Shown in pieces: positions 51,421 through 62,349 of a stretch of 64,000 bases of DNA. The notes under the pieces are model-generated. The model was not told the origin of the DNA. It ran no database searches and saw only the letters and a program-made list of their open reading frames with translations. The DNA lies in assembly GCA_964510655.1 (NCBI GenBank), contig CAZEAY010000001.1:278330-342329 (forward strand), given 5' to 3'. Position numbers and translations under genes: made by a program. Each line of letters begins with the position of its first letter. Positions within the stretch are counted from its first letter, which is position 1. The stretch comes from an uncultured Candidatus Saccharibacteria bacterium. GTDB lineage: Bacteria > Patescibacteriota > Minisyncoccia > Phycocordibacterales > XYD1-FULL-46-19.

Positions 51421-53235
51421 ATGAAAAAAACCACAAAAACTAGCAAAAATAACTGGAATTTTGATCTTCTGCTGGGAGCCGGGGGTGAAAAAAATCTTGA
51501 TAAAATTCGCAAAAAAGCCGAGGAAGAAAGCTATAAATTCATTAATAAATGGCAAAATCGCACTGATTACTTAGAAAAACCTGAGATCTTAAAAGAGACT
51601 CTAGATGAGTACGAAAACTGGTCTAGATATTATGGGTCAAATAGTACAGAAGACTACTACTATGACATGAGACAAGCTCAGAATGTTAACGACCCGAAGT
51701 TGAAAGCCCAAGCAAATAAATCAACAGAACAAGCTGATAAAATCTTAAATGATATTCGTTTCTTTACTTTAAATCTGGCAAAGATATCTAACGATAAGCA
51801 AACAAGTTTCTTGAAAAGCAACATTCTGTCAGACTATCGACATTTCTTAAAAACCTTATTTCAAGAAGCCAAACACACCCTAACAGAGGGAGAAGAAAAA
51901 ATAATGACTCTCCAAGGGGAACCCGCTCGTGGTAACTGGATAAGAATGACTAGTGGTTTTATCTCTAGAGAAGAAAAAGATATTAAAATAAAAAATAAAA
52001 AGGAAAAATTCAACTACGAACAACTAGTGACACTAATGGCCCACCAAGATAAAAAAATCCGCGACCAAGCCAGTCACGCCTTTAATGAAATCTTGGCAAA
52101 ATATGTCGACGTAGCAGAAGCAGAAATGAATGCTATTTTAAAAAATAAAAAAATTAGTGACGAGTTGCGAGGATACAGTCGACCAGATAGCGCCCGTCAC
52201 CTACATGACGACATTGACTCACAAGTAGTAGACATAATGTTGGAAGCCGTTAGCAATAAATTTAATATTTCTCAACGTTTTTATAAATTAAAAACTAAAT
52301 TTGTTAAACAAACAAAATTAGCCTACCATGAACGGAACATTCCAGTAGGAAAAAGTGACATAGAAATAACCTATCCCGAAGCAACCAGCTTGGTTCAAAA
52401 AGTCTTAAGTAAGATAGATTCAGAGTTTGGAGATATATACCAAGGTTTTTGTCAAAGAGGCCAGTTTAACGTCTTCCCAACGAAAAACAAACACGGTGGC
52501 GCCTTTTGTGCGAGTGGCTTAATTTCTCACCCGACATACATTTTGCTCAACTACACCAATAGATTAAACGACGCCTTAACCATTGCTCACGAAGTTGGTC
52601 ACGGGATAAACAACGAACTACAACGAAAAACCCAGAACGCCTTAAATTTTGGCACCCCCCTAGCCACCGCCGAGGTCGCCAGCACTTTTATGGAAGATTT
52701 TGTCTTAGAGGAAATACTACAGAAAGAAAGTAGTGACAAAGCAAAACTGTCTATTGCCATAATGAGATTAAATTCTGATATTTCTTCTATCTTCCGCCAA
52801 GTGGCCTGCTATCGTTTTGAACAAGAACTACATAAAACCTTCCGAGAAAAAGGTTATCTGTCAAAAGAGGAAATTGGTAAAATTTTCCAAAAACATATGA
52901 AGAGTTATATGGGTCCGGCCGTAATCCAATCCCCTGGTTCAGAAAATTGGTGGGTATACTGGAGTCATATTAGAAGTTTCTTTTATGTCTATTCTTATGC
53001 TTCAGGTTTGCTAATTTCCAAGGCGATGCAAAAGAAAGTTAAGGAAAATCCAAAATTTATAGAGAAGGTAAAACAATTTCTTTCAGCTGGGTCTTCCGCT
53101 TCCCCTAAAGATATTTTTTCCAAAATGGATATTGATATTACTGACAAAAAGTTTTGGGAAACAGGTCTAAAAGAAATTGAACAAAATTTAGCAGAGGCAG
53201 AAAAACTGGCCAAAAAATTAAATTATAAGATTTAA
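51421..53235 (+). CDS. pepF: Oligoendopeptidase F (M3B family)
   Basis: HEVGHG zinc motif (IAHEVGHGINNE). 604 aa. Confidence 0.85.
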   Translation: MKKTTKTSKNNWNFDLLLGAGGEKNLDKIRKKAEEESYKFINKWQNRTDYLEKPEILKETLDEYENWSRYYGSNSTEDYYYDMRQAQNVNDPKLKAQANKSTEQADKILNDIRFFTLNLAKISNDKQTSFLKSNILSDYRHFLKTLFQEAKHTLTEGEEKIMTLQGEPARGNWIRMTSGFISREEKDIKIKNKKEKFNYEQLVTLMAHQDKKIRDQASHAFNEILAKYVDVAEAEMNAILKNKKISDELRGYSRPDSARHLHDDIDSQVVDIMLEAVSNKFNISQRFYKLKTKFVKQTKLAYHERNIPVGKSDIEITYPEATSLVQKVLSKIDSEFGDIYQGFCQRGQFNVFPTKNKHGGAFCASGLISHPTYILLNYTNRLNDALTIAHEVGHGINNELQRKTQNALNFGTPLATAEVASTFMEDFVLEEILQKESSDKAKLSIAIMRLNSDISSIFRQVACYRFEQELHKTFREKGYLSKEEIGKIFQKHMKSYMGPAVIQSPGSENWWVYWSHIRSFFYVYSYASGLLISKAMQKKVKENPKFIEKVKQFLSAGSSASPKDIFSKMDIDITDKKFWETGLKEIEQNLAEAEKLAKKLNYKI

Positions 53236-53247
53236 TAAATTAAGAAT

Positions 53248-53502
53248 ATGGAAACAAAAGAAGAAAAAGAATCTCTTAAGCAAAAAGTGCGCGAGCAAAC
53301 TGTCGGCTATATTGCTACTGCCCTAGGACTAGTAGCCGGCCTGGCTTGGAACGAAGCAATAAAGGGTTTGATTGATAGTATTTATCCAGCCACAAGTGGA
53401 GGTGGACTAGGAGCTAAATTTATCTATGCCATTTTTGTAACTATTGGCATTGTCATTGTTTCTTCTTATCTCCTACGTTTTTCGCAAAAGAAAAATATTT
53501 AG
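53248..53502 (+). CDS. Small two-TM membrane protein (hypothetical)
   Basis: 84 aa. Charged N-terminus then two hydrophobic helices. Confidence 0.35.
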   Translation: METKEEKESLKQKVREQTVGYIATALGLVAGLAWNEAIKGLIDSIYPATSGGGLGAKFIYAIFVTIGIVIVSSYLLRFSQKKNI

Positions 53503-53522
53503 AAAATCAAAACTTATTTTTG

Positions 53523-53593
53523 TGGACCTAGCGAGAATCGAACTCGCGCCTGTACAATGCGAATGTACCGTCGTACCACTAGACTATAGGCCC
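53523..53593 (-). tRNA. tRNA-Ala (anticodon CGC)
   Basis: Manual fold. Acceptor GGGCCUA/UAGGUCC with a G3:U70 wobble, the Ala identity element. Anticodon loop UUCGCAU. T-loop UUCGAUU. D-loop AGUGGUA. Confidence 0.85.
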
Positions 53594-53674
53594 AGGTAAG
53601 GCATTTATAGCACAAAATAAAGGCAAAATAAAGGTTTCTTGGTATTTTACCTCGGTTCAGCTAGTATATTAAAG

Positions 53675-54112
53675 ATGGACAAGACCCCAGCTAACATTTT
53701 AAAATCCGGTGGTATTGGAGTAATGCCCACCGACACCATCTATGGTCTACTCGGTAGCGCTTTGGATAAAAAAACGGTCGAGCGTATCTACCAAGTCCGT
53801 GGCCGACGTCCAGATAAACCACTAATTATTTTGATCGGGTCACTCGAGGATTTAAAACTTTTTGGGATTAAACCAAAAGATAAAACTTTAGAAATTCTAA
53901 AGAAATACTGGCCAGGTCAATTAAGTGTCGTTCTCCCCTGTGCTGGAAAAAAATTTAAATACCTGCATCGTGGGACAAAAACTCTGGCTTTTCGATGGCC
54001 AAAAAATAAATGGCTACAAAATTTATTGAAAAAAACTGGACCCTTAGTTGCCCCCAGTGCAAATCCCGAAGGACGAACACCAGCAATCAATATTATTGAA
54101 GCAAAGAAATAG
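53675..54112 (+). CDS. tsaC: L-threonylcarbamoyladenylate synthase, YrdC-only form
   Basis: GGIGVMPTDTIYGL and VAPSANPEG motifs of YrdC/Sua5. About 145 aa, with no Sua5 C-domain. Confidence 0.8.
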   Translation: MDKTPANILKSGGIGVMPTDTIYGLLGSALDKKTVERIYQVRGRRPDKPLIILIGSLEDLKLFGIKPKDKTLEILKKYWPGQLSVVLPCAGKKFKYLHRGTKTLAFRWPKNKWLQNLLKKTGPLVAPSANPEGRTPAINIIEAKK

Positions 54113-54220
54113 ATTTTTATCAAGCCGGAAGAATAAAAAATAATCTTGCTTCTACCCTGATCATCATCGAAAAAGAAAAAATAAAAATATTACGAGCAGG
54201 TGCTGTTAAAATAAACAAAA

Positions 54221-54562
54221 ATGATTAACATAGATGAATTTGGAAAAATAGAATTAAGAATCGCTAAAGTTTTGGAAGCAGAAAGAGTGGAGGGATCAGA
54301 GAAACTGATCAAAATGAAGTTAGATGTCGGCGACAAAAATGGAACTGGAGATTTTGTTCCCAGACAAGTTTTAGCTGGAATTGGAAAAACCTATAATCCA
54401 GAGATGCTTGTTGGAAAACAGATTGTCATTGTGGCCAACCTAGAACCCCGGACATTAATGGGGTTGGAAAGCCACGGAATGATCGTCGCTGGCAGTGACA
54501 ATGAAGGAATCGCCATAGTTTCTCCAGATCGAGAATTACCCCCTGGTACCCTACTAAAATAA
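54221..54562 (+). CDS. csaA: tRNA-binding protein (CsaA/Trbp111-like OB-fold)
   Basis: IELRIAKVLEAERVEGSEKLIKMKLDVG...GMIVA is the classic tRNA-binding EMAPII-like domain. Confidence 0.8.
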   Translation: MINIDEFGKIELRIAKVLEAERVEGSEKLIKMKLDVGDKNGTGDFVPRQVLAGIGKTYNPEMLVGKQIVIVANLEPRTLMGLESHGMIVAGSDNEGIAIVSPDRELPPGTLLK

Positions 54563-54638
54563 TAGGTAGACGCTTTGATGTTTTATGTTACAATTACTCA
54601 ATATTATCAAAATTTAATAGACTAATTTACGCAAACAT

Positions 54639-55367
54639 ATGAATGAACAAGGAACCGGTTTAACCATCTCCAAAGCTCTTATTTACGGCGCCATAATTAT
54701 TGCCGTTGTCATTGGTGGGAGTTTTATCTATCAAAAACGTTTTATTGAAAAAAACCTTCCAACCTTAGTCAAACAGGCTATCGAGGATATGACTCCAAAT
54801 ACCAAAAATATGAAGCCGGTCACCAAAGAAGACCATATTTTGGGCAATCTAAACGCCCCCGTTAAGTTGGTCGTTTACACTGACTTAGAGTGTCCTTATT
54901 GTAAGGTTTTCCATAACTCTGTCTTGGAACTAAAAGATAATTACATCAAAGACGGTAAGCTAGCAGTAATTTATCGCAATATGCCCCTAGATCAACTCCA
55001 CAGTAAAGCCCGGCCAGAAGCCATCGCAAGTGAATGTGTGGCCAAACTTGGTGGAGAAGAAAAATACTGGTCATTCGTTGATAAGATTTTCAAAGACACA
55101 CCATCTAACGATGGTCTGGATTTGAACCTCTTGCCTAAATTCGCGACTGAATTAGGGGTAGATGCTAAAGCTTTTGCCACCTGTCAAAAAGACGAAGCAA
55201 TTGCTAAGAAAATTGTTGACCATGAGACTAACGCCCAGCAATCCGGAGCTCAAGGAACACCTTATCCTATCTTCACTTATAAAGATGAAGTAAAAGGAGC
55301 TCTCCCAGGCGCCGTACCAGCCGACCAAATTAAAAAGATGGTTGACGACTTAATCGCCGGGAAATAA
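54639..55367 (+). CDS. DsbA-like thiol:disulfide oxidoreductase with N-terminal membrane anchor
   Basis: CPYC active site in the thioredoxin fold. N-terminal TM. Confidence 0.75.
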   Translation: MNEQGTGLTISKALIYGAIIIAVVIGGSFIYQKRFIEKNLPTLVKQAIEDMTPNTKNMKPVTKEDHILGNLNAPVKLVVYTDLECPYCKVFHNSVLELKDNYIKDGKLAVIYRNMPLDQLHSKARPEAIASECVAKLGGEEKYWSFVDKIFKDTPSNDGLDLNLLPKFATELGVDAKAFATCQKDEAIAKKIVDHETNAQQSGAQGTPYPIFTYKDEVKGALPGAVPADQIKKMVDDLIAGK

Positions 55368-55384
55368 TTTCATTCACTTTTCAA

Positions 55385-55416
55385 TAAAAAACCGCCCTCT
55401 GGCGGTTTTTTATTTT
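55385..55416. terminator. Bidirectional terminator between dsbA-like gene and rpoD
   Basis: AACCGCC-CTCT-GGCGGTT hairpin with A6 before and T6 after. Confidence 0.6.
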
Positions 55417-55459
55417 AGTATTAATTAATAATTAGTAATTTTTAATTTGTAATTAATAT

Positions 55460-56788
55460 TTAGTATCCTTGAAGTCTTTTCGACTTATCGTGTTGTCTAA
55501 TTTTCTCGTGAGCCTTGGCTTCAATCTGGCGAATACGCTCACGAGTTACTCCAAACTCCTTACCTACTTCTTCGAGCGTCCGCTGGACACCATCAATTAG
55601 ACCATGGCGCATTTCCAAAATCTGACGTTCTTTAGGTGACAAGTCAGCCATAATTTCATTTATCTGATCACGTAAAATTCGACGAGACACATCTTGATCG
55701 GGTGGCGCAATCTTATCGTCCGCAATAAATTCGCCTAAAGTAGACTTGTCATCGTCGTCATCAGTCGGCTTATCTAAAGAAGCGGTACTTTGATCAATCT
55801 TTTCAATTGTATGAATCTTATCCACCTCCACCCCCATTTCTGTCGCAATTTCTTGTGGTAATGGCTCACGTCCTAAATCTTGTGACAAGCGACGCACCAC
55901 TTGTTTATATTTAGCAATCGTTTCTACCATGTGTACGGGAATTCTAATGGTGCGAGATTGATCAGCTAAGGCACGAGTAACAGCCTGACGAATCCACCAG
56001 GTGGCATAAGTAGAAAATTTGTAACCCTTGCGCCAGTCAAATTTTTCCACTGCCTTAAATAGACCGAGATTTCCTTCTTGAATCAAATCCAGGAGGGTGA
56101 GGTCCTGGCTACGTCCAATATATTTTTTAGCAATAGAAACTACTAAACGAAGGTTAGCCGAAGCTAAAGTCTTTCGAGCCTCTTCATCCCCTTCTAAAAT
56201 TTTTCGCGCCAAATCTTTTTCTTCAGACCCATTTAATAGCTTATGACGACCAATTTCTTTCAAATAAATTTGAACTGAATCCAAGGAGCTGTCTGAAATT
56301 CTGCCTCCCCGAACTTTTTCTAAAACCTCCTGCTCATCATCCAGCAAACCACCTTCTTCAATGACATCAACATGTGATTCTTCGAAACGAGCATATAAAT
56401 CCTCCAAAAATTCGATATCATTTTCCACGTTTGGAAATTCCTTCAAAATTTCAGAAAAGGTGACAAAGCCCCGTTGGCGCCCGCGCGTTACTAAAGCCTT
56501 GGCTCGCTCCACCAATTGTTCCTTACTCGCTTTGCCAGACTTAGGAGCGATATTTCCTCGACTAATCTTTTTAACCACCTTCGGTTTAGCTTTGGATAGA
56601 CTTTTTTTGGCCACCACTTTTTTTACTGTCTTTTTTACTACCTTAGGTTTAGCCTTTACAACTTTACGAATCGACTTCTTTACAACTTTTTTAGTGACGA
56701 CTTTCTTTTTGACGACAGTTTTCTTCTTGGCCATAAGCTTATTCTTTTTGTTATCTTTTTTAATCACTTGTTTGGTTTTTTTTGGCAT
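55460..56788 (-). CDS. rpoD: RNA polymerase primary sigma factor with Lys-rich N-terminal tail
   Basis: Region 2 [17 protein letters not shown]...YATWWIRQA. Region 4 [11 protein letters not shown]. The first ~75 aa are K/A/V/P-rich and basic. Confidence 0.95.
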   Translation of the reverse strand: MPKKTKQVIKKDNKKNKLMAKKKTVVKKKVVTKKVVKKSIRKVVKAKPKVVKKTVKKVVAKKSLSKAKPKVVKKISRGNIAPKSGKASKEQLVERAKALVTRGRQRGFVTFSEILKEFPNVENDIEFLEDLYARFEESHVDVIEEGGLLDDEQEVLEKVRGGRISDSSLDSVQIYLKEIGRHKLLNGSEEKDLARKILEGDEEARKTLASANLRLVVSIAKKYIGRSQDLTLLDLIQEGNLGLFKAVEKFDWRKGYKFSTYATWWIRQAVTRALADQSRTIRIPVHMVETIAKYKQVVRRLSQDLGREPLPQEIATEMGVEVDKIHTIEKIDQSTASLDKPTDDDDDKSTLGEFIADDKIAPPDQDVSRRILRDQINEIMADLSPKERQILEMRHGLIDGVQRTLEEVGKEFGVTRERIRQIEAKAHEKIRQHDKSKRLQGY

Positions 56789-56819
56789 ATTGTTTATTTT
56801 TTAACTAAACAAAAAAGTA

Positions 56820-58571
56820 TTAAAATTTGCTATTCTTTTTTAAATCATTTATTTCTTTAGTAATCTCCTGACAACGTTTTAAATAAAGCATGGAATCAAC
56901 ATCATTTCCTTTTTCCTCAGCTTCTTTCATTTTTTTTAATAATAAAGTTAACTCATCTTTTAAAAATTCTTCCTTTAGACCAGCGAGCAATTCCTCAGAC
57001 TCCGAAACTAAAAATTCATTGCCCTCATAAGAAAGTTCTGCCTCTAAAATTAATTGTTCCTTGTCGTTTTCATAAAGATCACTTTTTGAAGAAAACCTTT
57101 CTATCCCTAAAATATTGGACATCTTCTCAGACAAATCTTCGGTAGTCAAAATAGAATTAGTTTGAGTCTTTAGCCAAAATAACAATCCAAACAGTTTCCT
57201 TTCAATCAGTTGTAGACGAGAAGATCCTGTCATTTGTGTCGATGAACTTAAGTTCTCGGCTGATGATAAACCTTCAACTTCAGTATTATCTAATCTAACT
57301 TTTTTTAATTCATCCCACACCGGCTCTTCTCTTGTTCCAACAAAAGAAGCGATCTTAGAGACAAACCCAGCCTGATCAATAACATTAGATAAGCGCGCCA
57401 CATAAGGTAAAACCTCCTCTGATATTTTTTTGTTTAAGGTCCGACTGTCATATTTTTTACGAGCCAACACGGCCAAATAAAAATCAATGACATTGGTCGA
57501 TTCAGCGACTGCCTGTTTCCAGGCCAGAGGACTTTGGTTAACCAAATCAGCCGGATCTAAACCATCGGGCAAGAGGGCAATTTTTACCTCCATCCCCAGA
57601 CTAAGAGCAATATTTATCCCCCGCCTAGCGGCGCTAATACCAGCCGTATCCCCATCAAAAGCCATAACCAGATTATCGGTCAATCGCTTAATTAAGCCCA
57701 AATGGTAGGCTGTCAGAGCCGTCCCAGACACCGCCACCGAGTTTAGAACCCCTGCTTGATGAGAAGAAACAAGATCCATTTGTCCTTCAACTAAAACACA
57801 CAGGTCTTTAGCCCGAATCTCCGCTTTAGCCTTATCATAACCAAAGAGAATTCGCGATTTATCATAAAGAGCTGTTTGTGGAGAATTTATATATTTAGCC
57901 TCTTCCCGATCACTAGTGATAATGATGCGACCAGAAAAACCCACTGTCCGGCCAGAAATATCAGACAAGGGAAACATGATTCGTCCGCGAAAACGGTCGT
58001 AATAACGGCCACCGGCGTGACGAATGGACTGATTAGAAGGAATGATTAATCCAGTTTTTTCAATATCGGACTCTTTAAATCCCTTATTAGTTAAATGAGT
58101 CAACAAAGTAGACCACTCCGGTTTAGAAAAACCAATCCTAAAACGACGAACAGTTTCTTCGGATAATTGACGATTTTTCAAATAAAGCTTAGCTTCATTG
58201 TTCTGCAAAAGATTCATGTGGTAAAACTTTGTCGCTTCTTCCAAAATAGCGTAGAGTCTTTCATTTTCCGTCTTTAGCTTAAGATCAATGGGTTTTAACT
58301 CAATCCCCGCTCGCCTCGCTAAAACCTCTAGGGCTCCCACGAAGTCTAACCCTTCGATATCTTGAACAAAACTAAAAATATCACCACCCCGATTACAGCC
58401 AAAACAATGATAATTATCTCGAGTCGGAGACACAAAGAAGGACGCTGATTTTTCATTATGAAAAGGACAACGGGCTTTAAAATTTGCGCCAGCCTTTTCA
58501 AGTTTTATATATGAGCCGATAACTTCAACAATACCCAGCTTGGATTTAATTTGTTCGGTTTGAGAACTCAC
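56820..58571 (-). CDS. dnaG: DNA primase
   Basis: Zinc ribbon CPFHNEKSASF...CFGCNRGGD. TOPRIM domain (VLVEGQMD, DGDTAG). Confidence 0.9.
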   Translation of the reverse strand: MSSQTEQIKSKLGIVEVIGSYIKLEKAGANFKARCPFHNEKSASFFVSPTRDNYHCFGCNRGGDIFSFVQDIEGLDFVGALEVLARRAGIELKPIDLKLKTENERLYAILEEATKFYHMNLLQNNEAKLYLKNRQLSEETVRRFRIGFSKPEWSTLLTHLTNKGFKESDIEKTGLIIPSNQSIRHAGGRYYDRFRGRIMFPLSDISGRTVGFSGRIIITSDREEAKYINSPQTALYDKSRILFGYDKAKAEIRAKDLCVLVEGQMDLVSSHQAGVLNSVAVSGTALTAYHLGLIKRLTDNLVMAFDGDTAGISAARRGINIALSLGMEVKIALLPDGLDPADLVNQSPLAWKQAVAESTNVIDFYLAVLARKKYDSRTLNKKISEEVLPYVARLSNVIDQAGFVSKIASFVGTREEPVWDELKKVRLDNTEVEGLSSAENLSSSTQMTGSSRLQLIERKLFGLLFWLKTQTNSILTTEDLSEKMSNILGIERFSSKSDLYENDKEQLILEAELSYEGNEFLVSESEELLAGLKEEFLKDELTLLLKKMKEAEEKGNDVDSMLYLKRCQEITKEINDLKKNSKF

Positions 58572-58629
58572 TTTATTTAATTACAAGTTACAAATTTCAA
58601 ATGCCAAATGAAAATGCATTTGCATCCCC

Positions 58630-58663
58630 ATTTGACATTGTTAATTTGAAATTTGACATTGTT
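58630..58663. promoter_or_regulatory. Two direct copies of ATTTGACATTGTT spaced 21 bp apart in the rpoC-dnaG intergenic region
   Basis: Copies at 58630-58642 and 58651-58663. Each contains TTGACA. A nearby AAATGCATTT palindrome. Possible operator or promoter elements for dnaG-rpoD. Confidence 0.3.
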
Positions 58664-58664
58664 G

Positions 58665-61600
58665 CTATTCAGCTACTTCCTCCATCTTTTCTACCCCGCG
58701 TTCTTCTTGATCATCATGATTATAACCTCTAATTAAACCAGTTCCTGCTGGAATCAGACGGCCAATGATGACGTTCTCTTTAAGACCACGGAGTTTATCC
58801 AAACCACCCTTAATGGCGGTATCAATCAAGACACGAGTAGTGTGTTGGAAAGAAACGGCGGACAAGAAACTGGCTGTAGACAAAGCCACATCAGAGATAC
58901 CCAAAATAATTTGTTCAGAGGTTGCATCTTCACCTCCCTCTTCTTGAGCAAGAACGTTTTCCTCATGTAATTCCATATTTTCCACAATTTCACCAACAGT
59001 AAATTTCGTATTATGTGGAATTTTTATCTTCCGACGGGAGAGCATTTGGTGGATAATGATTTCAATATGTTTACGAGCAATCGAAACACCCTGCAATTCA
59101 TAAATTGCATTAGTTTCTTTAATGATATAATCTTCGGTTTTAATCTTACCTGCCAATTTATAGAGTTCAGACAAATCTACCGAACCTTCAGTCAATGATT
59201 GACCTTTTTCCACTTTATCACCCTTGTTAACTAACACAGTGCGAGAAGATGGAACGGTATAATCAATTTGTTCGCCCGCCTTAGCTCCTTTCTTACGATG
59301 CTCCAAATCAGGCAAAATAGAAATTACTATTTCCCGACCATCTTTTTTAATATCCACAACCTCTCCAGTAACTTGAGTTAAGACAGCAGGATTTTTAGGT
59401 GTCCGACGTTCAAAAATTTCTTCAACCCGAGGCAAACCACCAACGATGTCACCAGCTCCTGTTCCGATACCTCCAGAGTGTTTTGTTCTCATGGTTAGCT
59501 GAGTTCCAGGTTCACCAATCGCTTGGGCGGCTACGATACCAACCGGTTCCCCGATTTTAATTAGACCACCACGACCAGGATCTTCTCCATAACATTTTTG
59601 GCACAACCCTTTCAAAGTTTTACAAGTTAGTGGTGAGCGAACATAAGCTTCGGACACACCAGCGGCTTCTACGACTTTAGCTTCGTTACGTGACAATAAG
59701 TGACCCTTGGCAAACAACACCTTACCATCAACTACAATATCTTTAGCCAAAATACGGCCCTTAATACTATTACCGATACCGGCATCAAAACCTAAGACAT
59801 GATTTTGGTTAATGTGTTTGCCTTCCTTATCACCACAATCTTCTTCAGTAATCACCATATCTTGAGAAACATCAACCAGTTTACGAGTCAGATAACCTGC
59901 TTTAGCCGTGTTAAGCGCCGTATCAGCCAAAGTCTTGCGAGAACCGTGTGTGGTAATGAAATATTCTAGTGGTGAGAGACCTTCCTTATAAGAAGGCAAA
60001 ATAGGGAAATCAATCAAACGCCCGGCTGGGTTGATAATCAACCCCTTCATTCCAGCCATCTGAGAAATCTGAGAAATAGATCCGCGAGCTCCAGAATTTA
60101 GCATGTAAGACACTGGACCCTTAGGATCTAGGCTAGCCGGCAAGGCTTTTTCGATTTGTGATTTTACCCCATACCATAACTCAATAGTCATTCGGTATTT
60201 TTCCGCTTCTGACAACAAACCATCATCAAATTGTTCAGATAGTTTGGCTTCTTCTTTTCTCGCCTCTACAATAATTCCAGCTTTTTCTTTCGGCACCTGA
60301 ACATCATCAAGACCCCAAGTCGTACCAGATTTAGTAGAAAACTTGAATCCGAAAGATTTGATTTTGTCGAAAATATCTGGCATTGGACCAACTCCATAGT
60401 GAGCCATCATTTCTTCGACCAACTTTCCCATTTCCTTACTATTTAATTCTTTGTTGATAAATGGCCAATCAGAAGGAAGAGTATTATTAAACAATATTCT
60501 ACCTACAGAAGTTTCAAATATCTTTCCGGCATTCTCTCCATATTTTTCCGGCTTGCCACCCATCAATTTTACCTTAGCTCGCAAGTCAACATCATTAAAG
60601 TCATAGGCCATGATTGCCGCATTAGGACTTTGGAAATACTTTCCTTCTCCCTTAACCCCTTCAATGATTTTTGTCACCCAATATACACCAAGCACAATAT
60701 CCATACGCATGGTAATAATAGGATCGCCAGAACCAGGCTTCAACATATTCTTGTTAGCCGCAATCAATTCCCTTGCCTCACGCTGAGCGGCGGCAGAAAG
60801 TGGTACGTGAACGGCCATCTGGTCTCCATCGAAGTCAGCGTTAAAAGCAGTACAGACTAGTGGATGAAGTTGGATAGCATTACCTTCAATCAAAACAGGC
60901 TTAAAGGCTTGAATACCTAACCGGTGCAAAGTAGGAGCCCGGTTTAACATGACATACTTATCTTTGATCACTTCTTCCAAAATCGCCCAGACCTCCGCGA
61001 TACCTTCATCAATCAAGCGACCAGCACCTCTAATATTATAAGCCAATTCCGACTCTAAAATTTTAGAAACAATAAATGGGCGGAATAATTCCAAAGCCAT
61101 GTGTTTAGGCAAGCCACATTGTGAAATTTTCAATTCTGGTCCAACCACAATAACCGAACGACCAGAGTAGTCGACGCGTTTACCCAAAAGATTTTGACGG
61201 AAACGTCCCTGTTTACCACGCAAAGCATCGGCCAAAGATTTTAGTGGGCGACGCTGAGATTGATTCATTGCTCCTTCTGATCCACCACCCTTACGGATAG
61301 AGTTATCAATCAAAGAGTCTACGGCCTCCTGCAAGATACGCTTTTCATTGCGCAAAATTACATCAGGGGCAGAAAGTTCAATCAATTTTTTTAACCGATT
61401 ATTTCGGTTGATTACCCGACGATACAAATCGTTTACATCGGAAGTAGCGTGACGTCCGCCATCCAAAGCCACCATTGGGCGCAAAGCAGGAGGGATAACA
61501 GGAATATTACGCAAGAACATCCATTCTGGACGAACATCCGAACGACTCAAAGATTTTATCAAGTTGTGACGTTTTTGTAATTTCGCCCGCTCCAAAGAAC

Positions 61601-62339
61601 CAGCCTTTTCTAATTGACCTTCAATAGTTTCCAATAGCTCAGAAAGATTGATGGATTTAAAAATAGATTCAATAGCTTCGGCACCAATCCCCGCCTCAAA
61701 CACTGTTCCATATTTAAGAGATAATTTGTGATAAGTAAGCTCATCCAAAACTTTCCACAAAGACAAAGATTCCAGCTGTCGTTTGGCCTCCAAAACCGCA
61801 TTTTTCAAACGCTCTTTTTCTGTTTCGTCGGTCAATCCCTTCATTTTTGTCTTGAATTCATTATCGATTTCACGAAGTACGCTAGCTTTTTGTTCTTCGT
61901 TAACTTTCGTTACGATATAACCTGCAAAATAGATAACTTTTTCTAATTCCGAAATAGACAAATCGAGCACCAAGCCCATGCGAGATGGAATATTTCTTAA
62001 AAACCAAATATGAGCAACTGGAGTCGCCAAAGTAATATGACCCATTCGTTCTCGACGAACAATAGAACGAGTAACTTCTACTCCACATTTTTCACAAACA
62101 ATATCTTTATAACGAATGCGTTTATATTTACCACAGTAACATTCGTAATCTTTTTCTGGTCCAAAAATACGCTCATCAAAGAGACCGCTGCGTTCAGAGC
62201 GACCAGTTCGATAGTTAATAGTCTCTGGCTTAGTTACTTCACCATAAGACCAATCCAAAATTTTCTCTGGGGAAGCCAATTTCAAAGAAATAGCGTTGAA
62301 ATCAGCAATCTTATCAAGTTTTTTTATAGGTGTAGTCAT
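58665..62339 (-). CDS. rpoC: DNA-directed RNA polymerase subunit beta'
   Basis: 1224 aa. [12 protein letters not shown] catalytic motif. Zinc-binding [22 protein letters not shown]. Confidence 0.95.
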   Translation of the reverse strand: MTTPIKKLDKIADFNAISLKLASPEKILDWSYGEVTKPETINYRTGRSERSGLFDERIFGPEKDYECYCGKYKRIRYKDIVCEKCGVEVTRSIVRRERMGHITLATPVAHIWFLRNIPSRMGLVLDLSISELEKVIYFAGYIVTKVNEEQKASVLREIDNEFKTKMKGLTDETEKERLKNAVLEAKRQLESLSLWKVLDELTYHKLSLKYGTVFEAGIGAEAIESIFKSINLSELLETIEGQLEKAGSLERAKLQKRHNLIKSLSRSDVRPEWMFLRNIPVIPPALRPMVALDGGRHATSDVNDLYRRVINRNNRLKKLIELSAPDVILRNEKRILQEAVDSLIDNSIRKGGGSEGAMNQSQRRPLKSLADALRGKQGRFRQNLLGKRVDYSGRSVIVVGPELKISQCGLPKHMALELFRPFIVSKILESELAYNIRGAGRLIDEGIAEVWAILEEVIKDKYVMLNRAPTLHRLGIQAFKPVLIEGNAIQLHPLVCTAFNADFDGDQMAVHVPLSAAAQREARELIAANKNMLKPGSGDPIITMRMDIVLGVYWVTKIIEGVKGEGKYFQSPNAAIMAYDFNDVDLRAKVKLMGGKPEKYGENAGKIFETSVGRILFNNTLPSDWPFINKELNSKEMGKLVEEMMAHYGVGPMPDIFDKIKSFGFKFSTKSGTTWGLDDVQVPKEKAGIIVEARKEEAKLSEQFDDGLLSEAEKYRMTIELWYGVKSQIEKALPASLDPKGPVSYMLNSGARGSISQISQMAGMKGLIINPAGRLIDFPILPSYKEGLSPLEYFITTHGSRKTLADTALNTAKAGYLTRKLVDVSQDMVITEEDCGDKEGKHINQNHVLGFDAGIGNSIKGRILAKDIVVDGKVLFAKGHLLSRNEAKVVEAAGVSEAYVRSPLTCKTLKGLCQKCYGEDPGRGGLIKIGEPVGIVAAQAIGEPGTQLTMRTKHSGGIGTGAGDIVGGLPRVEEIFERRTPKNPAVLTQVTGEVVDIKKDGREIVISILPDLEHRKKGAKAGEQIDYTVPSSRTVLVNKGDKVEKGQSLTEGSVDLSELYKLAGKIKTEDYIIKETNAIYELQGVSIARKHIEIIIHQMLSRRKIKIPHNTKFTVGEIVENMELHEENVLAQEEGGEDATSEQIILGISDVALSTASFLSAVSFQHTTRVLIDTAIKGGLDKLRGLKENVIIGRLIPAGTGLIRGYNHDDQEERGVEKMEEVAE

Positions 62340-62349
62340 GGTCGTTTTA

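Noticed and set aside
56500-56800. Apparent short tandem DNA repeats (AAG/AAA/GTT periodicity).
   Set aside because: They are caused by coding of the Lys/Val-rich RpoD tail (and its antisense Phe/Leu ORF 56361-56804). This is not a repeat element or CRISPR.
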